64,000 bases of DNA from contig OZ220089.1 of the NCBI GenBank assembly GCA_964291625.2, positions 3,456,001-3,520,000 of the forward strand. Direction: 5' to 3'. The notes under the pieces were generated by a model that saw only the letters and a list, made by a program, of their open reading frames with translations, did no database searches and was not told where the DNA came from. Of this stretch, positions 47,675-58,237 are shown piece after piece. This DNA is from Candidatus Latescibacterota bacterium (GTDB lineage: Bacteria; Latescibacterota; UBA2968; UBA8231). A program made the position numbers and the translations under genes. The first letter of the stretch is position 1. Each line of letters opens with the position of its first letter.

Positions 47675-48928
47675 ATGGACGATCCCGCGGCTCCCGGACC
47701 GCCGCCGACCCTGTGCATCGACGCCACCCGCCCCGCCGCCGGCTGGCGCCTCTGGGGCATGAGCCTCGTGGAGCGCCATCTGCGCGAGGGCCGCCGCCGC
47801 GGCCTCGACCGCGCCGTCGTCTGCGTGACCGCCGGGACCGCCGGCTCCGCCGGCCGCTTCCGCCCCGACCTGGACCGCCTGCATCCACAGGAGCGCCGAC
47901 TCGTGGAGGTGGCCGGCGGCCGGGAGGCCCGCCGCTGGCTGGCGGAGCACATCGAGGGCGCGGTCCTGTTCCTGGAGGGCGACGCCGTCGCCGACGGCCG
48001 GATCCTCGACCATCTGCTGGCCGCCGGCCCCGGCTGCGTGGTCCGCGGCGAGGGCGCCGGCGCCGCCCACCTGCCCTCGGCGGCTCCTCTGGGCGAGGCG
48101 GCGGGCGACGGCGCCTGGGAGCCGGAGCCGGGAGGGGCCCTGCGCGCCGTGGAGGCCGGGGACCTCGACCGCTATGTCCCGGAGCTGCGGCTCACCATGC
48201 CGCCCTTCCTGATCCGCCTGAACGATCCGCGGCAACTGCGGGAGATCGACCGGCTGATGTTCCACCGCACCTTCAAGGGCGTCATCGACGTCGTCGCCCG
48301 CTACGGCTACTACCACCTCGTGCGTTTCCTCACCCGGGGCCTGGGCCGGACGACGGTCTCCCCGAACCTGCTGACCCTGCTCTCCGTCGTCGGCATCTGG
48401 GCGGCGATCCCCTGCTTCGCCGCCGGGCAGCTGGGGGCCGGCGTCCTGTGCGCCTGGGCCGGCGTCCTCCTCGACTCGGTGGACGGCAAGCTCGCCCGCC
48501 TCACCGTCAACCTGAGCGACCGCATGGGCGGCTTCGAGCACGCCGCCGCCATCCCGGGCCTCGGGCTGTGGTTCCTCGCCCTCGGGTGGCACCTGACCGG
48601 GGGCCGGCTGCTGACCCCGTCGCCGGCCGCCCTGGCCTGCTGGACGCTGGTGGCCGCCTTCCTCCTCGACAAGCTCTCCACCGGCGGCTTCAAGGCCCTC
48701 TTCGGCCGCGAGCTGTTCGACGCCCGGCCCTTCGACGCCGCCTTCCACCTGGTCGCCGCCCGCCGCAACGTCCACCTGGTGATTCTCACGCTCGGCACCG
48801 CCCTCGGGGCGGCGGAAGCCGCCTTCCAGGTCATGGCCTGGGCCATGGCGGCGACCCTGGCGGTCCACGCCGCCCGCTTCGCCTGGATCGCCGCCGCCGG
48901 CGGCCGGGAGCCGGGTCCCCATGCCTGA
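47675..48928 (+). CDS. CDP-alcohol phosphatidyltransferase with degenerate NTP-transferase-like N-domain
   Basis: SPNLLT, LDSVDGKLARL...G; the second Asp pair appears altered (FEH). Confidence 0.75.
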   Translation: MDDPAAPGPPPTLCIDATRPAAGWRLWGMSLVERHLREGRRRGLDRAVVCVTAGTAGSAGRFRPDLDRLHPQERRLVEVAGGREARRWLAEHIEGAVLFLEGDAVADGRILDHLLAAGPGCVVRGEGAGAAHLPSAAPLGEAAGDGAWEPEPGGALRAVEAGDLDRYVPELRLTMPPFLIRLNDPRQLREIDRLMFHRTFKGVIDVVARYGYYHLVRFLTRGLGRTTVSPNLLTLLSVVGIWAAIPCFAAGQLGAGVLCAWAGVLLDSVDGKLARLTVNLSDRMGGFEHAAAIPGLGLWFLALGWHLTGGRLLTPSPAALACWTLVAAFLLDKLSTGGFKALFGRELFDARPFDAAFHLVAARRNVHLVILTLGTALGAAEAAFQVMAWAMAATLAVHAARFAWIAAAGGREPGPHA

Positions 48929-50087
48929 CCGGCCGGCGCCCCGGGTGCTCCTCTTCGGCACGCGCTTCCCGCCCGAGGCGGCGGGGACGGCGGCCTACGC
49001 GCGCGGCCTGGGCCTGGGGCTGGCATCGCAGGGGGTGGAGGTCCACGTGCTGACCATGGGACCCGCCGTGGCCGACGACGGCCTGCCCTTTCCGGTGCGG
49101 CGGCTGCGGCCGGCGGCCGGCGTCCTGCACCGCTATGGCCGCTGCCTGGGCGCCCTCCGCCGGGAGCTGGAGCGGCTGCGGCCCGACTGCCTGTGGACGA
49201 CCAACGGCATGGGCACGCGCGTGGCGGGTCTGCTCTCGCACCTGCCCTGCCCGCTGATCACCAGCGCCCGCGGCAGCGACCTGCGCACGCGCCTGCCGGG
49301 GAGGGGTCCCTGGCGGCGCCTGGAGAGCCTGGCCCTGCGCCGGGCCTACCGGCGCTCGGCGGGGGTCGCCGCCGCCAGCCGCGGCATGGCGCGCCTCGCC
49401 GCCTCCCGGGGGGTGGAGGAAGACCGCCTCTTCGTCAGCTATCCAGCCTTCGACTTCGCCTGGTCCGCGGGGGACGCCGGGGAGCCGCGAGGCCTCGGGG
49501 CCCCGGCGTCGGTGCTCACCGTCGCCCGGCTGACGCGGCAGAAGCGGGTCGACGTGGTCCTGCGCGCCGTGGCCGCCGCCGCCGCGAGGGTGCCGGGCCT
49601 GAGCTGCACGGTGGTCGGCGACGGCCCCGAGCGGGGCCGCCTCGAGCGCCTCTGCGGGGAGCTGGGCCTGGCCCGCCGCGTCCTCTTCGTCGGCGCCCTG
49701 CGCCCGCGCTCGGCGCCGCTGCGGGCCGAGTACGGGCGCGCCTCGGTCTTCGCCCTCACCAGCGTCGAGGAGGGCCTGGGCAACGCCTACATCGAGGCCG
49801 GGGCCTTCGGCCTGCCGAGCATCGGCGTCGACGGCGGCGGGACCCCGGAGGTGGTGGTCCACGGGCGCACGGGGTGGCTGGTGCCGGCCGACGATCCCGC
49901 GGCCACGGCGGAGGGCCTCCTCCGCCTGCTCTCGGACCACGAGGCGCGGCGCCGCATGGGACGCGAGGCCCGCCTGCGGGTGGAGGCCGAGTTCAGCGTC
50001 GAGGCCCTGGGCCGGCGCTCGGCCGAGGTGGTGCGCGCCGTCATCGCCGACCGGCGCCTGCCGCCCGAGGACGGGGCCGCCGAGTGA
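48921..50087 (+). CDS. GT4 glycosyltransferase
   Basis: VARLTRQKRVD, EGLGNAYIEA, GGTPEVV. Confidence 0.9.
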   Translation: MPDRPAPRVLLFGTRFPPEAAGTAAYARGLGLGLASQGVEVHVLTMGPAVADDGLPFPVRRLRPAAGVLHRYGRCLGALRRELERLRPDCLWTTNGMGTRVAGLLSHLPCPLITSARGSDLRTRLPGRGPWRRLESLALRRAYRRSAGVAAASRGMARLAASRGVEEDRLFVSYPAFDFAWSAGDAGEPRGLGAPASVLTVARLTRQKRVDVVLRAVAAAAARVPGLSCTVVGDGPERGRLERLCGELGLARRVLFVGALRPRSAPLRAEYGRASVFALTSVEEGLGNAYIEAGAFGLPSIGVDGGGTPEVVVHGRTGWLVPADDPAATAEGLLRLLSDHEARRRMGREARLRVEAEFSVEALGRRSAEVVRAVIADRRLPPEDGAAE

Positions 50088-50130
50088 GTCCGGGAGGGCC
50101 GGTTCGCCGGGGACCGGGGCCAGGGGGCCG

Positions 50131-51687
50131 ATGACGGCCGGCCCGGACCCGGTGGTCTCCGGCCCGGAGCCGTCCCGCGGCGACGAAGACGATCTGCGCG
50201 ACCTCGCCGGCGGCGCCCTGGTGGTGCTCGCCGGCAAGGCGGCGCGCCTGTCGCGCGGCGCCTTCCTGTGGGTGATCACCCTCCTCTGCGGCCTCGAGGT
50301 GGTGGGCCTCTACTCCATGGCCTGGGCCGTCTGCTCCACCCTCAACACCCTGGCCCGCTTCGGGCTGCAGCGCGGCGTCGTCTACCGGGTCACCGCCGCC
50401 CGCGCCTCGGGCGACCGGCGCCGGGAGAGCGCCGCCATCGCCGCCGGCCTGCTGGTGGCCGCCATCGCCGGGGTCGCCGTCGCCGCCGCCGTGACCCTGC
50501 TCGCCGACCGCATCGCCGCCTTCTACGACAAGCCCGTGGCCGGGGTCCTGCGGATCATGGCCTGGACCGCTCCCTGCCTGGCCCTGGGGTGCGTCCTCAC
50601 CGCCGCCACCCGGGCCCTGCGCATCATGCGCTACGAGGTCTACGTCCGCTCCGTGGCCGGGCCTCTCATCCTCTTCGCCGGGGGCACCGCCGTCGGCCTC
50701 GCCGGCCTCGGGCTCACGGCGATCGCCTGGGTGCAGCTGGCCATGGCCGCCGGCACCCTGCTGCTGGCGGCCTGGTATTTCCGGCGCCACTTCTCCCTCC
50801 TCGCGGCGGCGGGGGCGGCGGCCGGGAGACCGCCGCTGGGGCCCCTGACCCGCTTCTGCGTGCCCGTCACTCTCACCGACCTCCTCTACTCCCTGCTCGC
50901 GCAGCTCGACGTGCTCATGCTCGCCAAGTACGTCGATCCCTGGGTGGTGGCCGTCTACGTCCTCGCCCGCCGGGCGGCGAGCATCGTCCTCAAGGCGCCA
51001 CAGGCCTTCGACGCCATCTTCAGCCCCGTGGTCAGCGATCTCTCCCTCCGGCGCCGGGAGGCGGCCCTGGGGGACCGGTTCGCCACCGTGGCCCGCTGGA
51101 TCCTCACCGTGAACCTGCCGCTGGCCGGCTGCCTGCTGCTGCTGGGAGACCCGTTGCTGTCGCTGCTGGCCGCGGGGGGCCTCGACCTGGCCGGCCTGAC
51201 CCTGGCCCTGCGGGTGCTGGTGGTGCTGTGCATGGGCATGACCGTGCACAGCGTCTTCGCCGTCGCCGAGCCGCTGCTGGCCATGTCCGGGCGGCCGGGG
51301 CTCAACCTCCTCAACAACGGCCTGTGGCTGGCCCTGAACTTCGGCCTCAACCTGTGGCTGATCGAGGTCTGGGGCGCCCTCGGCGCGGCCCTGGGCGCCG
51401 CCGCGTCGATGCTCCTGGTCAACCTCTGGCGCCTCGGGCAGCTCTACGTGGTGCGCGGCATCTGGCCCCTGCGCCGCAGCCTCCTCAAGCCGCTGCTCGC
51501 CGCCGCGGCCGCCGCCGGAGCGGCGGCCTGGGTGCCGGGCGCCGCCGGGCCCGCCCTGGGGGCCGTGGCGGCGGCGGCGGTCTTCCTGCTGGTGTACGGG
51601 ATCGTGCTGGTCGCCCTGCGCCTCGAGAGCGAGGACCGCGCCCTGCTGGAGCGGGTGCGGCGCCGGGCGGCGGGGGGCCGCGGCTAG
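50131..51687 (+). CDS. Wzx/MOP-family flippase
   Basis: About 14 TM, QLDVLML, IFSPVVS. Confidence 0.85.
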   Translation: MTAGPDPVVSGPEPSRGDEDDLRDLAGGALVVLAGKAARLSRGAFLWVITLLCGLEVVGLYSMAWAVCSTLNTLARFGLQRGVVYRVTAARASGDRRRESAAIAAGLLVAAIAGVAVAAAVTLLADRIAAFYDKPVAGVLRIMAWTAPCLALGCVLTAATRALRIMRYEVYVRSVAGPLILFAGGTAVGLAGLGLTAIAWVQLAMAAGTLLLAAWYFRRHFSLLAAAGAAAGRPPLGPLTRFCVPVTLTDLLYSLLAQLDVLMLAKYVDPWVVAVYVLARRAASIVLKAPQAFDAIFSPVVSDLSLRRREAALGDRFATVARWILTVNLPLAGCLLLLGDPLLSLLAAGGLDLAGLTLALRVLVVLCMGMTVHSVFAVAEPLLAMSGRPGLNLLNNGLWLALNFGLNLWLIEVWGALGAALGAAASMLLVNLWRLGQLYVVRGIWPLRRSLLKPLLAAAAAAGAAAWVPGAAGPALGAVAAAAVFLLVYGIVLVALRLESEDRALLERVRRRAAGGRG

Positions 51688-52766
51688 AGCAGCGAGTCGG
51701 CGGCGGCCTCGAAGCGGGTCATCTGGCCGCGCAGGTACTCGTAGTGCTCGCCGTCCTCCGGCTCGAGCTGGAGGCAGCGGCGCATCAGGGCGATCGCCTG
51801 AGCGGTCCGCCCCCGCCGGAAGAGGACCTCCGCGTAGGTGTCGAGGTAGACGACGTTGTCGGCGTCGCTCTTGACCGCGCGCAGGGACAGCTCCTGGGCG
51901 CGGTCGAGGCGCAGGCCCGCCTCGGCATACGTCCAGGCCAGGTTGTTGAGCACCAGGGGCGAGGGACGGCTCCGGGCGGCCGCCTTCTCGTAGTACTCGA
52001 TCGCCTGCTCCCGGAGGCCCGACTCGTAGTAGATCCCGGCGATGCTCGAAGCCGTCCGCTCCATGTCGTCGGCGTTGTCGAGGGCGCGGGCGAAGTGCCG
52101 GTGGGCGCGCTCCGGCTCCCCGGCCCGCAGGCGGCTCTCGCCGGCGCCCAGCAGCAGCAGGGGGTCGTCGGGATCGAGGCCGAGGCCGCTCTCCAGCACC
52201 CGGGCGGCATCGCCGGTGCGGTCCTCGTCGAGGTAGAGGCGGCTCAGCTCGTAGTGGGCGAAGGTGCGCGCGGGCCGGGGGGACGTCGAATCGGCGCTCT
52301 CCACCACCTCCTGGAGCCGGCGGAGCGCCTCTTCCCGGTCGCCGGCGGCGCCATGGGCCCAACCCAGGTTCAGGCGCAGCAGCCAGTGGCCGGGCCGGGC
52401 CTCTTCGAGCCGCTGCAGGGCCTCGAGGGCGAGGGCCTCCTGGCCCGACCCGGCGGTCAGGTCACGCAGGGCCCCGTAGAGGCGGGCGTCGTCCGGGTCG
52501 AGGCCCAGGGCGTGCTCGAGGGCGGCCACGGCCTCGTGGCGGGCGCCCAGGCCGGCGTGGGCGATGGCGGCGAGGAAGTGGGGCCGCGGGTCCCGGGGAC
52601 TCTCGCGCGCGGCCCGGCGGGCCGAGACGAGGGCGCGCTCGTGCAGGCCGCGCTCGGCGAACCACTTGGCCAGCTCGCCGTGGGGGACCGCGGGCATGCC
52701 GCAGTGGCTCTGTACCACGAAGACGGCGGCGGCGGCGCCGGCCCAGAGCTGCGGCGGAGGGCCCAT
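51684..52766 (-). CDS. TPR protein
   Basis: Multiple TPRs, LNNLAWTYA, YLDTYAEVL. Confidence 0.8.
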   Translation of the reverse strand: MGPPPQLWAGAAAAVFVVQSHCGMPAVPHGELAKWFAERGLHERALVSARRAARESPRDPRPHFLAAIAHAGLGARHEAVAALEHALGLDPDDARLYGALRDLTAGSGQEALALEALQRLEEARPGHWLLRLNLGWAHGAAGDREEALRRLQEVVESADSTSPRPARTFAHYELSRLYLDEDRTGDAARVLESGLGLDPDDPLLLLGAGESRLRAGEPERAHRHFARALDNADDMERTASSIAGIYYESGLREQAIEYYEKAAARSRPSPLVLNNLAWTYAEAGLRLDRAQELSLRAVKSDADNVVYLDTYAEVLFRRGRTAQAIALMRRCLQLEPEDGEHYEYLRGQMTRFEAAADSLL

Positions 52767-52770
52767 GCGG

Positions 52771-53982
52771 TCAGTACTCGTGGCGGCAGGCGTAGATGTG
52801 CAGCATCAGGCCCACGGCGAAACAGTTGGTCAGCAGCGAGGAGCCGCCGTAGCTGAGGAAGGGCAGGGGCAGGCCGGTGATCGGCATGACGCCGATGGTC
52901 ATGCCCACGTTGACGAAGACGTGGAAGGTGAGCATCGAGGCCAGGCCCACGGCCAGCAGGCTGGAGAACCGGCTGTTGGCCAGGGTGGCGATTTGCAGGC
53001 AGCGGCAGATGATGATGAGGAAGAGGACGAGGATGGCGGCGCCGCCGAGGAAACCGAACTCCTCGCCGATGACGGAGAAGATGAAATCCGTGTGGGCCAC
53101 CGGCAGGAACTCGTAGTTGGTCTGCGTGCCCTGCAGGAACCCCCGGCCCGTGGGCCCCCCCGAACCGATGGCGATCTTCGACTGGATGATGTTCCAGCCG
53201 GCTCCCAGGGGGTCGCTCTCGGGGTCGAGGAAGGTGAGGATTCGGGCCTTCTGGTAGTCGTGGAGGAGGTTGGTCCACAGGGCGGTGGCCAGCCCCGCGG
53301 ACAGGTTGACGAAGAGCATGGTGAAGGTCATCCACAGCCGCGCGAGCTGGACCTGGATGACGACCGAGCTGGCGATGATGTAGAGGGCGAAGATGACCGG
53401 CGCCCGGCTCTGCCACAGGGGTTCGAAGGAGAAGAACACGCTCAGGGCCGGGGCCAGGAGGAAGAAGATGTACAGGGGCCTCACCCCCGCCCAGTAGAGC
53501 ATCGGCACGAAGGCGGCCCCGTAGGAGACGGCCGTGCCCAGGTCCGGCTGATGGCGCACCAGGAGCATGGGCAGGGCCGGCAGGAGCAGGGCATGGGCGA
53601 TCGCCCGGGGCCGTCCGGCCTGCTCGGAGGATCGATCCGCGAGGAACCGGGCCAGGGCCAGGATGACGCCGATCTTGGCGAACTCCGACGGCTGCATTCG
53701 CAGCGGGCCCAGGGCCAGCCAGCGGGCCGGCTCGCCGGAGCCCCAGACCAGCACCAGGAGCAGGCTCACGACGCCGGCGGCGTACACCGGGTAGGCGATC
53801 TCGTAGAAGGCCGTGGTGGGCACGTAGGCCACGGCCAGGGCCGCGGCCAGGGCGACGATGGCGACCACGGCCTGATGGCGCCACAGTCCGGAGCCGGCGG
53901 CGCTGTAGATCATGGTGACGCCGCAGGCGATGATGGCGGCCGCGGCGAGGACCAGAACCAGGTCGAACTCACGGGCCCTCAC
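52771..53982 (-). CDS. rodA: Rod shape-determining protein RodA
   Basis: RWL, QPSEFAK, QPDLGTA, IGSGG, HTDFIF, LPFLSYGGSS. Confidence 0.95.
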   Translation of the reverse strand: MRAREFDLVLVLAAAAIIACGVTMIYSAAGSGLWRHQAVVAIVALAAALAVAYVPTTAFYEIAYPVYAAGVVSLLLVLVWGSGEPARWLALGPLRMQPSEFAKIGVILALARFLADRSSEQAGRPRAIAHALLLPALPMLLVRHQPDLGTAVSYGAAFVPMLYWAGVRPLYIFFLLAPALSVFFSFEPLWQSRAPVIFALYIIASSVVIQVQLARLWMTFTMLFVNLSAGLATALWTNLLHDYQKARILTFLDPESDPLGAGWNIIQSKIAIGSGGPTGRGFLQGTQTNYEFLPVAHTDFIFSVIGEEFGFLGGAAILVLFLIIICRCLQIATLANSRFSSLLAVGLASMLTFHVFVNVGMTIGVMPITGLPLPFLSYGGSSLLTNCFAVGLMLHIYACRHEY

Positions 53983-55742
53983 GCTCCCCCTTCCCCTTCC
54001 CCTTCCGCGGCGGGAGCCGCCGCCATGGAGCCCTTGTCGACGCGGCCGGCCAGCCACGCCTCGAGGACGGCGCGCACCACCGGCGCGGCCACGGCGCCGC
54101 CGCCGCCGCCGCCTTCGACGACGGCGACGACGGCGATCTCGGGGCGATGGTACGGAGCGAAGGCGACGAACCAGGCGTCGTCGTCCCGGTTCGGGCCCTG
54201 GGCGGTCCCCGACTTGCCGGCGATCGCCAGGCCCTCGATCCGGGCTCTGCGGCCGGTGCCGCGGTCTCCGTGGACGACGCGGTGCATGGCGCGCCGCACG
54301 ATGCCGAGGGTCGAGGCCGAGAGGCCCTCGATCCGCCGGGCCGGCGGCGGCCGGCCGTGCAGGTGCGGGGTGACGAGATGACCGCCGTTGGCGAAGGCGG
54401 CCACGTAGCGGGCCACCTGCAGCGGCGTCACCAGGGTCTCCCCCTGCCCGATGACCAGGTTCATCAGGTACCCCAGGGCCCAGCCCTGACGGTCGGCGTA
54501 GAACTGGCGGTCGGGGAGCTGGCCGGAGACCTCGCCCGGGTTGAGGTCGATGCCGGTGGGGGAGCCGAGGCCGAGGCGCCGTCCGTAGTCGTGCCAGGCG
54601 TCGATCCCCAGGAGCTGGCCGAGGTGGTAGAAGTAGATGTTGCAGGAGGTCTCCATCGCCTCCAGGAGGCCGAGCTCGCCGTGCCCCCGGCGGCTGGCAC
54701 AGCGGAAGACGACATTGCCCATCGACATCGACCCGTAGCACCGGGGGAAGGTGGACAGGGTATCGGTGAGACCTCTCTCCAGCGCCGCCGCGGCGGCGAC
54801 CATCTTCAGGGTCGATCCGGGCGGATAGCGTCCGCGGATGGCGCGGTTGAGGAGGGGCCGGGCCGGGTCGCGCATCAGCCGCACGCGCTCGGCCTGGGCC
54901 CCGAAGGAGACGAAGGCGTTGGGGTCGAAGGAGGGGTGGCTCACCAGGGCCCGCACCGCCCCGGTGCGCACGTCGAGGGCGACGACGCTGCCGGCCAGCG
55001 AATCGGGCATCGCCTGCACCGCCGCCCGGTGCAGGTCCAGGTCCACCGTCAGCCGCAGGGAGCCGCCCGGCTGCGCCGGCCGCTCGCGGTCGGGGAAGGG
55101 GTGCTCGTTCTGGGTGCGCTGCTCGGCATCGACCTCGATGTAGGCCACCCCGTCCAGCCCTCGCAGGCTGGCCTCGAAGTCGCGCTCCAGCCCGGTCTTG
55201 CCGACGTAGTCTCCGGCCGCGTAGTGCGGTCCTCCACCCAGTTCCGACTCCTGCAGCTCACCCATGTAGCCGACCACGTGCGCCGTCAGGGGGCCGTGGG
55301 GATAGAGCCGCTGCGGCTCGATCTGCACCTGCAGGGCCCAGTCCTCGCTCAGGCGCTCCTCGACGATGGCCACGGTGCGGAAGTCGACGTCCCGTTTCAG
55401 GCGCAGCGTGCGCCGGCCGCGGTCGTAGCGAAGGGGGTGGCCGACGGCCTCCTCGAGAGCGGCGACGGCCATGGAGTCCACGGCGCGACGCCCCCGGGTC
55501 AGGAGGATGCCGTACGAGGCGCGGTCGCGCGCCAGGATCTCGCCGTCCCGGTCGAGGATCAGCCCCCGGGGCGCCTTCAGGCGCTTGCGGGCGATGCGGT
55601 TGTCCTCCGCGGCCTGGGCGTAGCCGGCGCCCTCCAGGATCTGCAGGTGGAACAGGCGCAGCAGGAGGATGGCGAAGAGCACGGCCACCAGGACCATCAG
55701 GCGGGTCCTGCGGAAGAAGCCCTCGAGGGCCTCGGGGTCCAT
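53979..55742 (-). CDS. mrdA: Penicillin-binding protein 2
   Basis: APRGLILDR, PGSTLK, SCN, KSGTAQ. Confidence 0.95.
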   Translation of the reverse strand: MDPEALEGFFRRTRLMVLVAVLFAILLLRLFHLQILEGAGYAQAAEDNRIARKRLKAPRGLILDRDGEILARDRASYGILLTRGRRAVDSMAVAALEEAVGHPLRYDRGRRTLRLKRDVDFRTVAIVEERLSEDWALQVQIEPQRLYPHGPLTAHVVGYMGELQESELGGGPHYAAGDYVGKTGLERDFEASLRGLDGVAYIEVDAEQRTQNEHPFPDRERPAQPGGSLRLTVDLDLHRAAVQAMPDSLAGSVVALDVRTGAVRALVSHPSFDPNAFVSFGAQAERVRLMRDPARPLLNRAIRGRYPPGSTLKMVAAAAALERGLTDTLSTFPRCYGSMSMGNVVFRCASRRGHGELGLLEAMETSCNIYFYHLGQLLGIDAWHDYGRRLGLGSPTGIDLNPGEVSGQLPDRQFYADRQGWALGYLMNLVIGQGETLVTPLQVARYVAAFANGGHLVTPHLHGRPPPARRIEGLSASTLGIVRRAMHRVVHGDRGTGRRARIEGLAIAGKSGTAQGPNRDDDAWFVAFAPYHRPEIAVVAVVEGGGGGGAVAAPVVRAVLEAWLAGRVDKGSMAAAPAAEGEGEGGA

Positions 55743-55748
55743 GGCGGG

Positions 55749-56234
55749 CTAGTGGGCGATCACCCGTCGGCGCAGGCGGATCGCCAGGGCGGCGATCAGA
55801 CCGATGACACCGGTGTAGAGGGCGCGCCCGAGGCCGAAGCGGTACATCATGCCGGGCACCTCCTCGAAGGAGGTGGAGCTGGCGCCGACGTAGTAGATGA
55901 GATCGTGGACGAGCACGGCGGCCACGAGCACGCCCACCTGCACCTGGACGGTGTCGGCCAGCAGGCTGTCGCGGGCGGCTCCGACGCCGAACCCCACGAG
56001 CGACTTGGCCAGGGCGTTCAGGCCCAGGTCCGGGGGGGAGTAGGCATCCTGGCAGAGGCCGGCCAGGAAACCCAGGACCGTCGCCTCCAGGTGGCCCGAC
56101 ATGAGGGCGATGAAGACGACCGCCGTGAGCACGAGATCGGGCAGGATCCCGGCGATCTGCAGGTGGTGGATCCAGGTGGACTGGAGGACGAAGGCCAGGG
56201 CGAGGAAGAGGACGTGGCGCGCAACGGCGAGCAT
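55749..56234 (-). CDS. mreD: Rod shape-determining protein MreD
   Basis: ILPDLVL, GFLAGLCQD, GLNALAK; directly upstream of mrdA. Confidence 0.85.
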   Translation of the reverse strand: MLAVARHVLFLALAFVLQSTWIHHLQIAGILPDLVLTAVVFIALMSGHLEATVLGFLAGLCQDAYSPPDLGLNALAKSLVGFGVGAARDSLLADTVQVQVGVLVAAVLVHDLIYYVGASSTSFEEVPGMMYRFGLGRALYTGVIGLIAALAIRLRRRVIAH

Positions 56235-58237
56235 CAGGGCCCCTCGGCCGCCTCGCCGACGGGGATGTGCAGCTCCATGCCGATGAGCAGGGACGACGAC
56301 AGGCTCAGGTTGTTCTGGCGGGCGATATCGGCGACGTCGACGCCGAAGCGGCGGGCGATGCCGTAGAGCGTGTCCCCCCCCACCACGGTGTAGGAGCCGC
56401 CCCCCGCCGAGGCGGCGTCGGCCAGGTACAGGCTCTGCCCCGGCCGGATGACGTCGTCGGCGAGCCCGTTCCACGAACGGAGGTCGGCCACCGTCACCTG
56501 GTGAGTCCGCGAGATCGACCACAGCGACTCGCCCTGGCGGACGGTGTGCACGCGGCGGCCGGCGCGGACCGCCGGGGCGGGGGCATCGCCTCCGGCGGGC
56601 GCTGGCTGGCGGGTCACCAGCGCGCCGCGGCCCACCTTGAGCCTCTGCCCCGGCTGCAGGAGGTTGTCGGCAAGCCCGTTCCAGGCGCGCAGGTCTTCCA
56701 CGCGGACGCCGTAGCGCCGGCCGATCGACCACAGCGACTCGCCGGAGCGGACGGTGTGCACCGCGCCCCCCTCCGGCGCCGGGCCCGGGCCCGGGATGGC
56801 GGCCCCCCTCACGATCGGGACCACCAGGGTCCGGCCGGGATGGATGAGGGCGCGCCCGGAAAGCCCGTTGGCCTCGGCCAGCCGCCGGTGGTCGACCCCG
56901 AAGGCGCGGGCGATGCTCCAGAGATTGTCGCCTTGGCGGACCGTGTACCTCGCGACCCCCCGCTTCTCCGACTTGGGCAGCCGCGCGAGGGCGGCCAGGA
57001 AGTCGTCGCCGCGGCCCTCGGGCACCTTGAGCAGGTAGCCGCTCTCGGGCCAGGGGGGGGTGAAGAGGCTGCGCAGCTCCGGATTGAGGTTGCGCAGGAG
57101 GCTCACCGACACGCCGAGGAGCCGGGCGGCGGTGTGCAGATCGATCAGCTCTCGCAGCCGGACGTGTTCCCAGAGGATGGGCGGATCCGGCTCGACCGGC
57201 TCGAAGCCGAAGCGCTGCGGGTCCTTGGAGATGACCGCCGCGGCCATGATCAGGGGCACGTAGTTGCGGGTCTCCCGGGGCAGGGGGAGCTGCCAGAAGT
57301 CGGTCGTGCCCGCCCGCTGGATGGCCCGGCTCACCCGGCCGCGGCCGGAGTTGTAGGCGGCCGCCGCCAGTCGCCAGTCGCCGAACTCGGCGTACAGGCC
57401 CTTCAGGTGCTGGACGGCGGCGCGCGTGGATTTCACCGGGTCGCGGCGCTCGTCGACCCAGCTGTCGATCACCAGCCCCTCGAGGCGGCCGGTCTGCCGG
57501 ATGAACTGCCACAGGCCGGAGGCGTGGGCCCGCGAGTAGGCCCGCGGGTTGAAGCCGCTCTCGATCATGGACAGGTAGAACAGGTCCTCGGGCAGCCCTT
57601 CCTCGCGCAGGATGGGCAGGATCAGGTCGCGGTAGCGCCCCGCCCGCCGGGTCCAGGTCTGCCAGGTCTCGCGGGCGCGGGTCTGGAAGAAGTGGATGCT
57701 GGCGGCGACGCGGTCGTTGGCGTCGATGGGGAAGTCGCATCGGGGGGCCATCTGGTGGATGCGTACGACGGGGACGGCGTCCTCCGGCAGCTCCTCCAGG
57801 ATCTCGTCGGCCAGCTCGGACAGCACGAGGGACAGGGGGCTGTCGGGGGAGAGGTGCTCGACGAAGGGCAGGACCTTCAGGTAGGCGCGCCCGAGGTCGG
57901 CGGCCAGGGCGTCGACCTCGGCCTGGCCGTCGCGCTCGCCGAGCTCGTCGAGGATGGGGCTGCCGTCGACCAGGGCCAGCGTATAGTAGGCCTGGTCCAG
58001 CTCCTCGCGGGCCCGGTCGTGGCGCTCGGACCGGAGCTCGTCGAGGGCGCGCAGCCAGCGCCAGCGGGCCTCGCGCAGGGCGGCGTCGAACTCGGGCTCG
58101 CGGGAGGGATCGACCTCGACGGCGGGGGGGCCGGGCGCGGGGGCGGCCTCGGGGGCCGGCTGCCCGGGCGCCTGGAGGCTGGCGCAGGCGGTCCACTGGA
58201 CCGCGGCGGCGGCGATGACGGCGGACAGGACCCTCAA
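56234..58237 (-). CDS. mltD: MltD-like lytic transglycosylase with four LysM domains
   Basis: MIESGF, GLWQF, AAYNSG, ETRNYV; LysM repeats; TTG start. Confidence 0.85.
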   Translation of the reverse strand: MRVLSAVIAAAAVQWTACASLQAPGQPAPEAAPAPGPPAVEVDPSREPEFDAALREARWRWLRALDELRSERHDRAREELDQAYYTLALVDGSPILDELGERDGQAEVDALAADLGRAYLKVLPFVEHLSPDSPLSLVLSELADEILEELPEDAVPVVRIHQMAPRCDFPIDANDRVAASIHFFQTRARETWQTWTRRAGRYRDLILPILREEGLPEDLFYLSMIESGFNPRAYSRAHASGLWQFIRQTGRLEGLVIDSWVDERRDPVKSTRAAVQHLKGLYAEFGDWRLAAAAYNSGRGRVSRAIQRAGTTDFWQLPLPRETRNYVPLIMAAAVISKDPQRFGFEPVEPDPPILWEHVRLRELIDLHTAARLLGVSVSLLRNLNPELRSLFTPPWPESGYLLKVPEGRGDDFLAALARLPKSEKRGVARYTVRQGDNLWSIARAFGVDHRRLAEANGLSGRALIHPGRTLVVPIVRGAAIPGPGPAPEGGAVHTVRSGESLWSIGRRYGVRVEDLRAWNGLADNLLQPGQRLKVGRGALVTRQPAPAGGDAPAPAVRAGRRVHTVRQGESLWSISRTHQVTVADLRSWNGLADDVIRPGQSLYLADAASAGGGSYTVVGGDTLYGIARRFGVDVADIARQNNLSLSSSLLIGMELHIPVGEAAEGP